From positions 1,024,001-1,088,000 of the forward strand of contig OY762654.1 in the NCBI GenBank assembly GCA_963666205.1: a DNA stretch of 64,000 nucleotides, given 5' to 3'. Below, piece by piece: positions 63,450-64,000 of the stretch. Position numbers and translations under genes: made by a program. Each line of letters opens with the position of its first letter. The stretch's first letter is position 1. The notes below the pieces were generated by a model that ran no database searches, had not been told where the DNA came from, and was given only the letters and a program-made list of their open reading frames with translations. The stretch is from Synergistales bacterium. GTDB taxonomy: Bacteria > Synergistota > Synergistia > Synergistales > JAFGMB01.

Positions 63450-63545
63450 AAAAACCAGGTCAAAGTCAGAACCTTTTTCACCACGGAGTATTACAGAAGA
63501 AAACATGGGGTCTAATCGAAAATCGCAAATCTAAAATCTAAAATT
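63450..63545. repeat. Short modular array R16
   Basis: A-B linker + CACCACGGAG + AAATCTA heptamers right after manC stop. Confidence 0.7.
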
Positions 63546-63618
63546 CTCAGGTGGGTATTTTTTTGAGTGAATTTGCTTTAACCTTGAGAGGGAATAATTC
63601 CTCGATGGGTGGTTGACC

Positions 63619-64000
63619 ATGAATCTGAAGTCTCTGATGTACCGGATGCTGGATTTTATACATATTCCTGAGGAGATAAGGGATCTCCGGGGTAAGGTGA
63701 TCCTCCATGTTTCTGATACTCCTTCCTCCTTCTACCAGGCTCTTGATCGGCTGATCAAGGTGCTCGATCCGCCCTGGGTCATCCACACAGGTGACCTGGC
63801 CGACCAGATAAAGCTGGAGATCCGTCCAAACCAGAAAGAGCTTTATGCGCTGAAGCTGAGACGGCTTCGCAGCATCCTTGAATACGGCGTACATAATGAA
63901 AAACGCGAAAGTATTCTTGTTATGGGAAACCATGACTGTGAAGAGATAGTAAGGAGCCTGTTCCGAAGGAGCAGGATAATAAGCCAGACTGGAGAGGCTC
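63619..64000 (+). CDS. Calcineurin-like metallophosphoesterase, 3' truncated (not in ORF track)
   Basis: MNLKSLMY..ILHVSDTP..VIHTGDLAD..VMGNHD. Confidence 0.8.
   Translation, partial: MNLKSLMYRMLDFIHIPEEIRDLRGKVILHVSDTPSSFYQALDRLIKVLDPPWVIHTGDLADQIKLEIRPNQKELYALKLRRLRSILEYGVHNEKRESILVMGNHDCEEIVRSLFRRSRIISQTGEA

Noticed and set aside
7842-63545. CRISPR array interpretation of the repeats
   Set aside because: No constant repeat with unique equal-length spacers; linkers are re-used, several module types are interleaved, and no cas genes are present.
7842-63545. Array polarity strictly following transcription direction
   Set aside because: Holds for R1, R2, R4 and R6 but fails at R5, R11, R13 and R14.
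63547-63933. 128-aa minus-strand ORF
   Set aside because: Antisense to a motif-bearing metallophosphoesterase starting at 63619.

Overview
64 kb of bacterial chromosome, probably Synergistota (inferred from a Synergist-CTERM sorting-signal protein, a Synergistota-style pilin and anaerobic amino-acid/lactate metabolism). The left third is housekeeping: PEP-utilising phosphotransferase, TreT-like glycosyltransferase, two PAS-GGDEF cyclases, MFS, AsmA/TamB-like protein, lysine 2,3-aminomutase, amidohydrolase, NiaR with a PTS-IIC-like permease, and DUF362. The right two thirds is a mosaic cell-surface polysaccharide region: yjbH, SLBB export protein, wzz-like, wbaP, wcaF/wcaI, GT4s, two TupA ATP-grasp proteins, wzy, wzx, a UbiA module, GT8, uronate epimerase, ugd and manC, interrupted by an etfBA-lctD operon and an IS3 relic. 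The most unusual content is about 16 intergenic arrays (roughly 7-8 kb) built combinatorially from a small set of modules: CTCYGYG iterons, GATTTTR heptamers, two covarying hairpin families, GTAG-type REPs and a fixed-length ~90 bp element, joined by re-used linkers. These arrays often begin right at stop codons and form direct or inverted repeats around single genes, including two GxxExxY PD-(D/E)XK nuclease-family genes and two ATPase-nuclease genes. This suggests an undescribed repeat-mediated gene-cassette shuffling system. All alignments and counts were done by eye; no database searches were run.
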